From: a virus
Lineage: Duplodnaviria; Heunggongvirae; Uroviricota; Caudoviricetes
Reading direction: 5' to 3' (one strand)
DNA length: 64,000 nt
Virus record (IMG/VR): IMGVR_UViG_3300021399_000097
In this document: piece by piece, positions 31,554 to 41,475 of the stretch
Numbering within the stretch: position 1 is the stretch's first letter
Layout: each line of letters starts with the position of its first letter
Notes under the pieces: generated by a model
The model's database searches: none
Seen by the model: the letters and a program-made list of their open reading frames with translations, nothing else
Told to the model about the DNA's origin: nothing
Made by a program: the position numbers and the translations under genes

Positions 31554-32444
31554 TTATTCTACATTTTCTCCAAGAGTTAACATAATTCCTGCGCTATCAT
31601 TAAGCATAGTTGATGGCAGTTCTCCATTCCACTGTTTAATCCAATAATATTTAATAAGGTCTGGAGTTAGTGCTTCTGCAATACGCTGGTTCATTTGCGC
31701 TTCACGTTCACCTGCATAAAGGCTCGCTTCTGCTTGAATCTGTACGACTTCAAGGTCTGCATTAGCCGCAATAATCGCCTGTTTTGCTTCAGCTTCGGCA
31801 ACAATAATCGCACGCTCTGCTTTTGCTTGTTCTTCCATAGTTTGCTGAGCTTGAATTGTTTCAGCGCGCAATTTATCCTGCTGTGCTACCTGCTTTGCTT
31901 CAACCGCATTTGTAAAAGCATCAGTAAAGTCAAGGTCTTCAATAGAAGTGCCAACAATTACAATATTATATTTCTCTAAAAGTTGAACTAATATTTCTTC
32001 AATATCGCTAGCAAGTTTATCACGACTATTAATAAGACCTTCTGCTGTATAATGCGCAGTTGCTGTTTTAACTGCTTCACTGACATTAGGCGCAATTACT
32101 GTATCAAAATAATTTTTACCAATAGTACGATAAATAGTCATTGCATCATTTTTACTAATTTGATAGTTAATAGTATATGTTACTGAAGTCTCTTGAATAT
32201 CTTTTGAAAAGGCATTCATTTGGATAGTATGTTTTTGAATACGATTATCCATTTTAATAACAGAAGTAAAAGGTCCCTTTATATGGAAACCACTATCTAG
32301 AGTATAATCAGCAACTTTACCAAAAGTCACAGGGACTCCTGTAAATCCAGCAGGAACAGAAGTCGTACAACTCAATCCGACAATTAAAAGAGCTATAATT
32401 ACAATAGTACAAACAATACTTGTAGTAATAATTTTATTTTTCAT
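31554..32444 (-). CDS. SPFH/Band-7 (stomatin/prohibitin-like) membrane protein
   Basis: N-terminal TM segment, an SPFH-like core, and an Ala/Gln/Glu-rich coiled-coil tail. Confidence 0.7.
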   Translation of the reverse strand: MKNKIITTSIVCTIVIIALLIVGLSCTTSVPAGFTGVPVTFGKVADYTLDSGFHIKGPFTSVIKMDNRIQKHTIQMNAFSKDIQETSVTYTINYQISKNDAMTIYRTIGKNYFDTVIAPNVSEAVKTATAHYTAEGLINSRDKLASDIEEILVQLLEKYNIVIVGTSIEDLDFTDAFTNAVEAKQVAQQDKLRAETIQAQQTMEEQAKAERAIIVAEAEAKQAIIAANADLEVVQIQAEASLYAGEREAQMNQRIAEALTPDLIKYYWIKQWNGELPSTMLNDSAGIMLTLGENVE

Positions 32445-32457
32445 TTATATTATTCCT

Positions 32458-33693
32458 TTACATATGATATTTAAGTAGAAAAGCATTACTTACTGCTTTA
32501 AAAGAACGTTGTCCATCTTTAGAACGGAAAACAAAACCTTCACGAGGCTTGCCATCAATAATAGAGTTTCCTTCTGCAAAAGCAAGAAGTTTATCTACAT
32601 CAAGTCCTTCAAACTTAAAGCTAGGAAGAACAACAGGTACACAGGGAATATGATAATGTTTCTCAAGGAGTTCTTTCATTTCAAGAGTTCCCCAACGACC
32701 TCTATCAGAAGTAATAAGATTAAATGCTCTGAAATCATGGCCTTCAAGAGAGTAATCACGTTTCTGCACTCCTGCACCAAAAGTTTCTCCTTGTATAGTT
32801 ACCCACTCAACATCTGGCCGCCCAAGCAGAAAAGCAAGCAACATATTATACATATCATATTTTTCAGCCATTTCCCAATAAATGTTAGTATCATAATAGC
32901 AGCGTTTATCTACACTGTCAAAACATACATTACGGGAGCATACATAGAACTCATATTTATTATGTTTTCCACGTTTCATCGTAAAGGTGGTAGAGCTGCC
33001 ATCTATCTTTTCAGTGACGACCCATTCTCCCTTATCTTCAAGAATCCAAGGCATGTTTTGAATGCGCTCTTCATCAGTTTTAGTAACCCATTCTGGCCAG
33101 CTATTCTTCTTATCTTTTTTCTTTCCAAAAAACAAGAACATAAGTTTTTTACCCCAAGTGCGCTTCATAAGCCAACGCACAAAAGGTTTGCGAAAAATTG
33201 CAGGATGTCGCTGTGCCATCTTTTTATATTTGTCTACAGAATTAGCTTTACGATTATTATCTTCTTCATCCGCATAAGTTACACCGAGAATTTTAGTAAG
33301 GAAACGGGATTCTGTATCTACATAATGACAAGCATTATTATCATCCATAATACAAGCTGGTTCATTATAACCAGTTTCTCCAGCTTGATACGCTTTCCAT
33401 CCAAAATCTTCTGCGTGCATAATAAGTCCCTGGCTGAGTACCTTACACATCTTCTGAGTTTTTATTTTATAATTACGTTTTTCAAGGAAAGCGAATGCTG
33501 GGTTGGTTGAAGGAACTTTACTATCAATTTCAAAATAGATTGCTGCATCTCCTACATGAAACTGTCCTTTAGGAACAATACACCACCAACCACCGGTTCG
33601 CGCATGCTCTACTCTATCATAGCCAGGAATCTCTCGTATTTCATCTATAATTACAACATATGCCAGTTCTCGTTCTTGATTTTTATTAAGCAT
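32458..33693 (-). CDS. ATP-dependent RNA ligase (Rnl family with N-terminal extra domain)
   Basis: Nucleotidyltransferase motif I VTEKIDGSS and motif V EGFVFRSKDGQRSFKAVS. Confidence 0.7.
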   Translation of the reverse strand: MLNKNQERELAYVVIIDEIREIPGYDRVEHARTGGWWCIVPKGQFHVGDAAIYFEIDSKVPSTNPAFAFLEKRNYKIKTQKMCKVLSQGLIMHAEDFGWKAYQAGETGYNEPACIMDDNNACHYVDTESRFLTKILGVTYADEEDNNRKANSVDKYKKMAQRHPAIFRKPFVRWLMKRTWGKKLMFLFFGKKKDKKNSWPEWVTKTDEERIQNMPWILEDKGEWVVTEKIDGSSTTFTMKRGKHNKYEFYVCSRNVCFDSVDKRCYYDTNIYWEMAEKYDMYNMLLAFLLGRPDVEWVTIQGETFGAGVQKRDYSLEGHDFRAFNLITSDRGRWGTLEMKELLEKHYHIPCVPVVLPSFKFEGLDVDKLLAFAEGNSIIDGKPREGFVFRSKDGQRSFKAVSNAFLLKYHM

Positions 33694-33699
33694 TTTATA

Positions 33700-34074
33700 T
33701 CACTCCTTTATTTCATAACCTTTATAATATCCCGCATTCATTTCATAATTAGCCATATCTTCATATGTGCTGAAACCTTGCTCTATAAGAAAAGCCTGCA
33801 ATATTTTATCTATATCATCCGCATACGTCTCATATGCTTCTGCTCGTTTTGCTTGCTCAATTAGTTCGCGCAATTCCCAATCTGGTAATCTATAATAAGT
33901 ATGCATTTCATAGTTTTCTTCTGGCTTAAACCAATGTATTACTCCACCACTAACTGTGCTATTCCAATACCATTTTCCCTTGCCATCTTCAAACATCATC
34001 CAATAATTATAATGGATGATAGTTCCATCTTTAAATATTGTTGTATATATACCTTCTTCAGTTGGATTATTCAT
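33700..34074 (-). CDS. hypothetical protein
   Basis: Intact ORF. Confidence 0.4.
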   Translation of the reverse strand: MNNPTEEGIYTTIFKDGTIIHYNYWMMFEDGKGKWYWNSTVSGGVIHWFKPEENYEMHTYYRLPDWELRELIEQAKRAEAYETYADDIDKILQAFLIEQGFSTYEDMANYEMNAGYYKGYEIKE

Positions 34075-34637
34075 TCATCATTATCCTTTTTAATATAAGT
34101 AATAGAATATCCCCCAAATTTAATTGGTTTATTTGGTGTATTCATTGCTTTTTCAAATGCTCGTTGAATATTAGCATTTCCAGAAATTGTCTTATCATTT
34201 TTAAGAATTTCTTTAGCATTACCAATAGGCATAAGAGTAGTATTTAACATAACCATAGTATCTACGTTCATAGTAGAGTTGATAGTTGTATTAATTGGCG
34301 CATTATTTTTTTTATCTATTTCATCGCGCTTTCTATTTTCTTCAAGTGTCACCCATTCAAGATTTTTTAAACGATTATCCCAAGTATTATGATTTTTATG
34401 GTCAACTGTAAGATTAGCATAATTAGGGACTGGTTTCCATGTTTGAAGAACTAAACGATGAGCAAGTTTTCCTTTGCAATAAAGATATCCATCTTTTTTA
34501 CATACAGTTAAAAGATGCCCTTGAGTATCTTTAAATCTTCCAAGATTGGAAACATAAATATCTAATGCCATACAATATTTCCATCGTTCAATATCAATAT
34601 GAAGCTTTGGCAATATAATCTTTTTCATATACATCAA
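34071..34637 (-). CDS. HNH endonuclease
   Basis: AHRLV...DHKNHNTWDNRLKNLEWVTLEEN. Confidence 0.6.
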   Translation of the reverse strand: MMYMKKIILPKLHIDIERWKYCMALDIYVSNLGRFKDTQGHLLTVCKKDGYLYCKGKLAHRLVLQTWKPVPNYANLTVDHKNHNTWDNRLKNLEWVTLEENRKRDEIDKKNNAPINTTINSTMNVDTMVMLNTTLMPIGNAKEILKNDKTISGNANIQRAFEKAMNTPNKPIKFGGYSITYIKKDNDE

Positions 34638-34834
34638 CTCTTTCTAATAAGTGTTAATTGTTCTTCATATAAAGCGCAAACTCTGTTACATACTTCATCT
34701 TTTTCTTTTGGTGTTATTTTACGCCATTTCCAAGCCCAATCAATATAATCAGTAATAGAATCAAGAGAGCGTTCATAATATTTATGCTGCTCATGTTGAC
34801 GTAATGCTCGGTCAATCTTTTCATATACAGTCAT
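34634..34834 (-). CDS. hypothetical protein
   Basis: First gene after promoter P12. Confidence 0.4.
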   Translation of the reverse strand: MTVYEKIDRALRQHEQHKYYERSLDSITDYIDWAWKWRKITPKEKDEVCNRVCALYEEQLTLIRKS

Positions 34835-34870
34835 AATAAAAACACTCTCTTTCTTTATTTTTCTATATAT

Positions 34871-34899
34871 ATTATATTATATTTTTTATAAAAAATCAA
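34871..34899 (-). promoter_or_regulatory. sigma70-type promoter P12 (TTGATT, 17 nt, TATAAT)
   Basis: Minus-strand motif family. Confidence 0.5.
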
Positions 34900-34908
34900 T
34901 AAGCCGAT

Positions 34909-35121
34909 TTAATCATCAAACCAGCACTCTTCAATGCAGCCATAGCCTTCAATTGCTCCAGTATCAGCAACTTCATTATTTATATCCATAGCTCCATCTT
35001 CATCAGTTACATCATTTGTATCATCAAAATACGCATTAAGTAAAAAATTTGCAGCATTTTCATAATCTACAAAATAATTCTCATGTTCAACATTACAAAG
35101 TTTTACTTTATAAAATATCAT
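34909..35121 (-). CDS. small acidic protein
   Basis: Intact ORF. Confidence 0.35.
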   Translation of the reverse strand: MIFYKVKLCNVEHENYFVDYENAANFLLNAYFDDTNDVTDEDGAMDINNEVADTGAIEGYGCIEECWFDD

Positions 35122-35134
35122 AACTAAAAACTCC

Positions 35135-35392
35135 TTAAATTAGTTCTGTTTCTACAATATAAATAAGTAATTCATCACCATAATATTTTATACAATAATC
35201 CCATGCCTGTTTAGCGATTTCAGCAGGAGTTAACGTATCATTATGGTAATAATTATAGATAGCTTCTACATAAAAATCATCCATAAATATATCGCATAAA
35301 TATTCTTCAACATTAGTTCTTAATTCAGAAACACAAATAATTTCATTTGATTCTGCTTCAAAAAGTGCATATGCAGTTCTCATTTGCGCCAT
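35135..35392 (-). CDS. hypothetical protein
   Basis: Intact ORF. Confidence 0.35.
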   Translation of the reverse strand: MAQMRTAYALFEAESNEIICVSELRTNVEEYLCDIFMDDFYVEAIYNYYHNDTLTPAEIAKQAWDYCIKYYGDELLIYIVETELI

Positions 35393-35952
35393 GCTCCTCT
35401 CTTTTGTTTTCTTAATGTGGCTTTATCAATGGTTATACGATGCAATGGAGTTATTTCTGTAAGTCTACCAGACTTAATAAATTGATTAAAGTTAATAGGA
35501 GTATATCCTATAACATCAGAACATACACATAAACAACCTTTTTTATCTTCTTTCTGCATGTGTGTATGCCCGTGAATGTTGAAGGCCCAATCAATTCCTA
35601 AAGGTTCATGCGATAAAATTATCTTTTCAGAAATCATAAGTGGGCCACCATATACATATTCAAAAATATCCTTATATGCGCTTAAACCAATATCATGGTT
35701 TCCTGCTATAAGAATCTTATGTCCTCTTAGCTTACGTGCCCATTCAATACTTCCAATATCTCCAAGAAGAATAAGATGATCTTTTTTGCCAACCTTACTG
35801 TTGATCATTTTAACCTGCTCTTCTGCAGTAGGACGATGAGGGAAAGCAATTCTTAAATCTTCATCTTCATCAAAATGAGGATCACTATATAACCATACAG
35901 TTCCTTCTGCCGACCATTCAGTTTTGAAAGGTTCATACAATCCTTCAATCAT
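35380..35952 (-). CDS. calcineurin-like metallophosphoesterase
   Basis: DPHF, GDIG, GNHD, GHTH. Confidence 0.7.
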   Translation of the reverse strand: MIEGLYEPFKTEWSAEGTVWLYSDPHFDEDEDLRIAFPHRPTAEEQVKMINSKVGKKDHLILLGDIGSIEWARKLRGHKILIAGNHDIGLSAYKDIFEYVYGGPLMISEKIILSHEPLGIDWAFNIHGHTHMQKEDKKGCLCVCSDVIGYTPINFNQFIKSGRLTEITPLHRITIDKATLRKQKRGAWRK

Positions 35953-36113
35953 TCTATTACATTTCCTTCTTTATCAAATAAAATTATTTCTTGATGTTGT
36001 AAATTAGTATCATATACTCTAATGCCAACATCATAATAAAGAGACTTAAATTGATCATCAAGAATTATAAGTTTTTCTTTTTCAAGATATTTTAAAAATT
36101 CTAAATTAGTCAT
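35949..36113 (-). CDS. small protein, MTNLEFLKYL family paralog A
   Basis: Shares its N-terminus and ...EGN(V/I)IE C-terminus with the 36455..36625 gene. Its first 30 nt are identical to that gene's. Confidence 0.4.
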   Translation of the reverse strand: MTNLEFLKYLEKEKLIILDDQFKSLYYDVGIRVYDTNLQHQEIILFDKEGNVIE

Positions 36114-36116
36114 TAC
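36083..36116. repeat. direct repeat, about 30 bp, copy 1 (second copy at 36596-36630)
   Basis: AGATATTTTAAAAATTCTAAATTAGTCAT is identical at both loci and forms the 5' ends of the two MTNLEF paralogs. Confidence 0.6.
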
Positions 36117-36442
36117 TATCCCTTATCAATACAACATAACATCCAATAATTACATTCTGCCGTACTATTTGGGAAATAATAATGATAATGATTTTTTAAC
36201 TCTTCAAGAGTTCCATCAGGATATTTTTTATAATCAAAATTTAAAGTTGTCATTTCACCAGGACCAATATTTTTAAGCTCAAGCCCAAAAAAATAATTAG
36301 TTGCATCATCTGCCCAACTATTTAAAGCCAAAGTATAATCATCTTCTTGAAATTTATTAAGTTTTTCTTTAGAGAGAGAAAGATATTCATCTTTTGTTAC
36401 TATAAATCCATAACCTAGCTTGGTAGAATGATTAATAAACAT
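36113..36442 (-). CDS. hypothetical protein
   Basis: Ends in TAG-TAA-TGA. Confidence 0.4.
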
Positions 36443-36454
36443 ATTTCTCCTTTT

Positions 36455-36625
36455 TTAATTATTTTCTATAATGTTCCCTTCACTATCAAACCAAATTAAC
36501 ATTTCATGCCATCCATCCCAATCCCATACAGAAAGAACATTACTTTCTTCATTAGAATTAAAATTATCTTCAAAATCTACTATTCTATTTTCTCTAAGAT
36601 ATTTTAAAAATTCTAAATTAGTCAT
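36455..36625 (-). CDS. small protein, MTNLEFLKYL family paralog B
   Basis: See paralog A. The track ORF 36455..36673 has a spurious N-terminal extension. Confidence 0.4.
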   Translation of the reverse strand: MTNLEFLKYLRENRIVDFEDNFNSNEESNVLSVWDWDGWHEMLIWFDSEGNIIENN

Positions 36626-36630
36626 CTTCA
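36596..36630. repeat. direct repeat, about 30 bp, copy 2
   Basis: Matches 36083-36116. Confidence 0.6.
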
Positions 36631-36761
36631 CTATCATAATCATCAAGCTATAAAATGCCTGGAGCAGTTGCAATCCATCTTTTAAACTTAATCAATGCTT
36701 CTTCTTTTGAAGAACCATATATCTAAATTAAACCAATAAAATCAATATCATACAATTCCAT
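36618..36761 (-). CDS. small hypothetical protein (47 aa, 2 TAG)
   Basis: First gene after promoter P13. Confidence 0.25.
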
Positions 36762-36792
36762 TTGAATATTTCTTTCTCAAATTTTCTATATA

Positions 36793-36821
36793 TATTATAT
36801 CATAATTTTTTTTATTTTTCA
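36793..36821 (-). promoter_or_regulatory. sigma70-type promoter P13 (TTGAAA, 17 nt, TGaTATAAT)
   Basis: Minus-strand motif family. Confidence 0.55.
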
Positions 36822-36853
36822 ATAGATATATACGATTTAATTTTACTGACAGA

Positions 36854-37192
36854 TTAAACTAATTCGCGCATATACCCAGAATTAACAACAAAGTTATGCA
36901 TATTTTCTCTTCCTACTGGATTACCAGTATGATAACTTACTGTGATATCAAGGTCGCGCATTCTGCCCATATTAACATAGGCATCTATCTGTTTTAGAAC
37001 ATTTATAAAATCTCCACCATGCTCATTAGTAAGACTATCTAATCCAGCATCATGGTCTAAGTCTAAATAAAAGTTACGCACGCCCTCTTTATATTTACGT
37101 CTTACTGCTTTTACTGCATCATTAGTTGTGCGGCAAACAATGTCAAACTTTCCCTTTGGGGTTCTCTCATCATCAACATAAATTGAATACAT
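36854..37192 (-). CDS. hypothetical protein (receiver-like fold suspected)
   Basis: MYSIYVDDERTP...FYLDLDHDAG pattern. Confidence 0.35.
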   Translation of the reverse strand: MYSIYVDDERTPKGKFDIVCRTTNDAVKAVRRKYKEGVRNFYLDLDHDAGLDSLTNEHGGDFINVLKQIDAYVNMGRMRDLDITVSYHTGNPVGRENMHNFVVNSGYMRELV

Positions 37193-37196
37193 AATT

Positions 37197-37817
37197 TTAC
37201 TCCTATTTTTTAGTAGGTTGCGGTATTACTACTTTTGTCCCATCACTTAATTGCAAAGTCATATCTGATTTTGCTTTTTCAAGCTCCTTTTCAAATACCT
37301 TGCGACGTTCATTAATATCTTCTTCAATATATCCTACGAGTTCTTTGAGCTTAACATTTCGCGCATTTTCATAAACTTGCGCTTTACCATACTCATATTG
37401 AGTCTCTACCCACTTTCTATATTTCTGTTTTTCTTCTGGACTTATCCAATAGGTAGGGACAAAAGAGAAAGTTCTTTTTATTCTGCCTTTTCTATCTTCA
37501 TGTTCATTTATTTTAACATAATAGGGAATATCAGCAAAACTTTTCCATTGATCTTTTTGAATAACCCAACATTCTGGTTTATTATTATAAAAAGTTAACC
37601 ATCTATCAAAAGTAAGTTGTGGCATTTCTATAACTTTTTGTTGATAAGCTTTAGCCTCGGTAGCATCAGCAAAAGATTGATAAGGACACCAAATAGTTTT
37701 AAGTTCTAAATTATATCTTTCTTTTATGCTATTTAAATATGCCACTTTTTGGTCTATTAAGGTTATAATCAGACCTGCTCCAATAATAGTAATTGGAATA
37801 AGAATTGAAAAAATCAT
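37197..37817 (-). CDS. membrane protein (N-terminal TM)
   Basis: TM segment IFSILIPITIIGAGLIITLI. Its TAG lies inside the next SD, and a TAA follows 2 codons later. Confidence 0.4.
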
Positions 37818-38197
37818 TATAGTATAGGTTTAAGAGGTACAGGATACCTCCCCTCCATTTCTGCCTGTTTATATGGGTTAGGATTTTCTTTCCAAACGTC
37901 AAAGTATTCAGTAATGCAAGTATTTATCCAACGCATTATATGATACTCTGTACCATAATTATCAAAATCCATATATTCTTCTGCGCCAGTTTTATTATCA
38001 ACAAAAGTTAACCAAACAAGAAAATGCCCACCACTATGATCTTCATAGGGCCAAAAATAGGCAGATTGCTGTTTGAGTGTAAATCTTCCATCCCAAAGCC
38101 AATCATCTTTAAGAGATTTGTTAATTTTGCGTACAAGTTGATTCATAGCTCGTTGGTATTTTTTACGAGAAAGCGACCGTAATTTTTCAATATTCAT
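37817..38197 (-). CDS. hypothetical protein
   Basis: First gene after promoter P14. Confidence 0.4.
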   Translation of the reverse strand: MNIEKLRSLSRKKYQRAMNQLVRKINKSLKDDWLWDGRFTLKQQSAYFWPYEDHSGGHFLVWLTFVDNKTGAEEYMDFDNYGTEYHIMRWINTCITEYFDVWKENPNPYKQAEMEGRYPVPLKPIL

Positions 38198-38227
38198 AGT
38201 TAGCTTCTCCTTTATTTTTCTATATAT

Positions 38228-38256
38228 ATTATACTATATTTTTATAAAAAAATCAA
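38228..38256 (-). promoter_or_regulatory. sigma70-type promoter P14 (TTGATT, 17 nt, TATAAT)
   Basis: Minus-strand motif family. Confidence 0.5.
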
Positions 38257-38268
38257 TAAACCGAAAAT

Positions 38269-38300
38269 AGCCTGATTATGGAAATAACCAGGCTAAATAA
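38269..38300 (-). terminator. weak hairpin terminator
   Basis: AGCCTG..CAGGCT stem with a modest T-tract. Confidence 0.3.
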
Positions 38301-38458
38301 CACATCCAAAGTAATATGATACAGCATTCAAGAACAATAAAAAGAAATATCGTAAAATGTTGTTCTTTTGAATGTAAGATTTTATGTTCAAATTTCCAAA
38401 AGAGAATAGTAGCAATAATTAAACAGATTGGTGCAATAATTTTAAGAAATAATATCAT
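38276..38458 (-). CDS. small 2-TM membrane protein
   Basis: Hydrophobic 60 aa. Confidence 0.35.
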   Translation of the reverse strand: MILFLKIIAPICLIIATILFWKFEHKILHSKEQHFTIFLFIVLECCIILLWMCYLAWLFP

Positions 38459-39267
38459 GCATCAAACATTGGTCCTTTCACAAGATGCCAAGGAAGCTCA
38501 TGTGTTTTATCATAATTTTTCCATCTGTTATATACTTCATCTAGCTCTTCTATATCTCTATAATATTGTTCAACATGAGGGCGTTCAATGCGGTCGGCAT
38601 GATAATGCCCAAAACACCAAATATCCCAACCCATTTGATAACTTACATCTTCTAGAAACTCTTCCATAGAGTTGTCTACTTGAGATTGGTCTATTCCATG
38701 AAGGAACATATCTGTAGGTTGAAATTTTGTTGGACAAGTATGAGTAAAGACAAAATCTACAGGTTTGTTAAAGTTTTTTACTAGTTCATAACAATCTTCC
38801 ATTTCTTCTTTAGTAAGTTGTTCATTAGCAAACCATCCTGTTTTTTTAGGATTGTTAGTTTCTTCTGTCATTCCATTTCTTATCAGCCGCCATTTTTTAT
38901 CAACAGAATATGCGCCGCCTATTACAAGACAATTATATCCACCAATATCATAAAATCCATAATCAAGAAAATAACGGATATTAGGATACTGTGGCTCCAT
39001 GTAAACTACTCCATGAACTGTTGCATCAAATACTGTAGTCATAGTGTCAATATCTTGAGGTCTTGCTTCATGGTTGCCGCGCACACAATATATAGTCATA
39101 TTAGGATGGTTGGTACAAAGTTCTTCCTTTTTTCTTTCATCTGTTTTATTAAGATAAAAATTAAATCCTGCATCGCCAAGAATAATTACTCCTAACTCTT
39201 CATCTTTTGGAGGAGCATTAAAGCGTGCAAATTCACCATGACAGTCCCCTGTAATAAAGAACTTCAT
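38455..39267 (-). CDS. calcineurin-like metallophosphoesterase
   Basis: GDCHGEF, GDAGFNFY, GNHE, GHYH. Confidence 0.7.
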   Translation of the reverse strand: MKFFITGDCHGEFARFNAPPKDEELGVIILGDAGFNFYLNKTDERKKEELCTNHPNMTIYCVRGNHEARPQDIDTMTTVFDATVHGVVYMEPQYPNIRYFLDYGFYDIGGYNCLVIGGAYSVDKKWRLIRNGMTEETNNPKKTGWFANEQLTKEEMEDCYELVKNFNKPVDFVFTHTCPTKFQPTDMFLHGIDQSQVDNSMEEFLEDVSYQMGWDIWCFGHYHADRIERPHVEQYYRDIEELDEVYNRWKNYDKTHELPWHLVKGPMFDA

Positions 39268-39271
39268 TTTT

Positions 39272-39646
39272 TTATAAGCTCCCTTCTTCTATCAGTTCTC
39301 CTGAATAATTAAAGACCCAATACTTTTTCCATTTGGATTTCATTGTCTTAATCATATGGGCTGTGCCTTTGCTTTTCCCATCCCAAAAGGCAATAAGAGC
39401 ATCCGCGCAATCAGCCATTTCAGTATTGCGAATAAATCCTGCTGACTTACCATATTTCTCCCATTTAGCTGGAAAATGCCAAACTTCTATTCCAAACGTT
39501 TCTGCCCATTCTGCTCCAAGTGTGTCAGCGCCTTGCGCATCTCCGCTTATAACAATATCTTTTGAGCTATTGATATACTTTAAAAGAATTGGAAACATTA
39601 TGGCACGATTATTAAAATCTCTCCCACCTGCTATAATAATTTTCAT
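39272..39646 (-). CDS. SLOG/DUF2493-like Rossmann protein
   Basis: IIIAGGRDF...SGDAQGADTLGAEWA...FWDGKSKGT. Confidence 0.4.
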   Translation of the reverse strand: MKIIIAGGRDFNNRAIMFPILLKYINSSKDIVISGDAQGADTLGAEWAETFGIEVWHFPAKWEKYGKSAGFIRNTEMADCADALIAFWDGKSKGTAHMIKTMKSKWKKYWVFNYSGELIEEGSL

Positions 39647-40023
39647 GCTTTACTCCAAGTTGTCACTATTTTTCCTTTTGGGACAGGAACTACGCTAAAA
39701 GGCTAATCTTCTTCTTGCTGTTGTTTTTCTGATAATTTTTCCCAATGTATTGTTACTTCTAGTTTCTTAACAGGGATTACTTCATATGGTTGATCTCCAT
39801 ACCATTGATTCTCTTGTCTTTCTGTTAATCCTTGATCCCATTCACAAGCATAATATTTTCCATTAAATTCACAGATTGTAGTGGCGGAACGATACCATCT
39901 GCGCAAATCGCCATATTCAGTTTCAATAGAATATTCATCTATGAAATCCCAAAAATCTTCTTCTGTAAAATCTATTTTATTATCTATTTTATTCTGAAAA
40001 TATTCATCTATTATTAAAGACAT
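39643..40023 (-). CDS. hypothetical protein (1 TAG)
   Basis: Track ORF 39703..40023 extends 20 codons beyond its TAG to a TGA overlapping the next ATG. Confidence 0.4.
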
Positions 40024-40810
40024 TTTTTAAATATTTCTCCATAATTCTTTTTTGGGCATCATAAATTACAATCTGTACCCCAGGTTTATATGTTTCTTCA
40101 TGAGTCGCAAAATAATCTTCTTTCATTTCTTCAACGTGCGCGATTGCCGCATTTACCATATCTACCATTTCATGAGAATCATAAACGCCACTTTTAACCA
40201 GCAATAAATGTTCCCTTTGCTGAGATTTTAAACAATCTTCAAATGGTTCATCATTTATATATCGGTGCAAAAACTCTTCAATACGGAAAAGCTGCATTGC
40301 TTCTTTTGGATTATATCCATATGTAAAGATATCTTTCTTTTCTGGAAGTTCTCTAAAGATTCTATTCTTTTTTCCCATTGCAATTCCATACATTGTCATA
40401 ATACACTTATGTGGATAGAATCTTGCAATATCTTCTCTGATATCAAGAAGAGATTCTATCTCATGACTATAATCTTCATTAATAAGATACTGAGTAGAGA
40501 AAAGTTGCTCAAGATAATTAACATTCTGCTTAAGCAATGTAGGCAGCATTAAACGGATATCTTTAAAGTCAATATGCTCTTCATTATCCCTAATATGAGT
40601 TGTTGATACTGCTGGCTTATTAAAGAAAATATCTTCTTTACAAGGAAGAACAGTAAGCTTAGTATCTATATCGCTATCTTTTGTATCAAGCCCATAGTTT
40701 TGGCTTCCAGTAAGAGCAAGCATTACAATTTCTGATTCTTTAAAATATTCTTTGCATTCTTTAAAGTGGTCACCAAAGTGACCTGAATAATTTCCATAAA
40801 ATTTACTCAT
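40004..40810 (-). CDS. Pol-beta-superfamily nucleotidyltransferase
   Basis: LALTGSQNYGLDTKDSDIDTKL. Confidence 0.5.
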   Translation of the reverse strand: MSKFYGNYSGHFGDHFKECKEYFKESEIVMLALTGSQNYGLDTKDSDIDTKLTVLPCKEDIFFNKPAVSTTHIRDNEEHIDFKDIRLMLPTLLKQNVNYLEQLFSTQYLINEDYSHEIESLLDIREDIARFYPHKCIMTMYGIAMGKKNRIFRELPEKKDIFTYGYNPKEAMQLFRIEEFLHRYINDEPFEDCLKSQQREHLLLVKSGVYDSHEMVDMVNAAIAHVEEMKEDYFATHEETYKPGVQIVIYDAQKRIMEKYLKNVFNNR

Positions 40811-40847
40811 ATTATATTACTACTCCAACTATATTTTTTATTCATTA

Positions 40848-41051
40848 TTATTTCCAATTAATCAAATGTTGATAAAGTTTTAAATAAAATAAAGCATCAT
40901 TCCATTTTTTTTCTTCATCACAACACCAAAAACCATAATCTCCACTGTCATCCCAATGCTGATAATTATAAGGACATTCTTTGCATTTATTAGAAGCCCA
41001 AGTATCACAACTAATAGCTTTAATCAAATTATCTAAATTTGGAACATCCAT
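40848..41051 (-). CDS. Cys-rich small protein
   Basis: Intact ORF. Confidence 0.35.
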   Translation of the reverse strand: MDVPNLDNLIKAISCDTWASNKCKECPYNYQHWDDSGDYGFWCCDEEKKWNDALFYLKLYQHLINWK

Positions 41052-41245
41052 TATTTTTCCTCAATATAAAAGTGTGTAGTATAATATGTACCACAATGTT
41101 CACATCGTCCTTCTCCATAATGAAGCTAAAAAGAAGCCCCACACTTTTTACAAGTAATAGGTCGCGCTTCAACGACTTCACATTTTAAACCATAAGTTTT
41201 TCCATTAAGATTTATTCTACTTATAAAACCATCTAACTCTGTCAT
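41051..41245 (-). CDS. zinc-ribbon protein (64 aa, 1 TAG)
   Basis: CKKCG...CEHCG. TAATG and ATGA overlaps. Confidence 0.35.
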
Positions 41246-41475
41246 ACAATATACCAACTTTCTTCTTTTGCATTACAACAATGAAAATCATCACAACTAC
41301 CACAACTTTTAGCAATTTCTTGATGTTTTTTATCTTGATGTAATTTACACCAAATGGGACCACCTACTACATGTTTAGGATTTACCCAATAATCCACATA
41401 TTCGTCCCATTCATCATGAATAACATATATACAATAATCACAGCAAGGGATACATTTTTTATTACATAAAATCAT
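41242..41475 (-). CDS. Cys-rich small protein
   Basis: Intact ORF. Confidence 0.35.
   Translation of the reverse strand: MILCNKKCIPCCDYCIYVIHDEWDEYVDYWVNPKHVVGGPIWCKLHQDKKHQEIAKSCGSCDDFHCCNAKEESWYIV

Noticed and set aside
1582-33510. Plus-strand ORFs in the track that lie antisense to large minus-strand genes, e.g. 1582..1962, 9061..9468, 20102..20620, 22125..22499, 32509..33510, 38818..39195 and 39333..39698
   Set aside because: They overlap well-supported minus-strand genes with recognisable motifs, have no SD or promoter context, and are low-complexity. They are antisense artefacts of AT-rich coding sequence.
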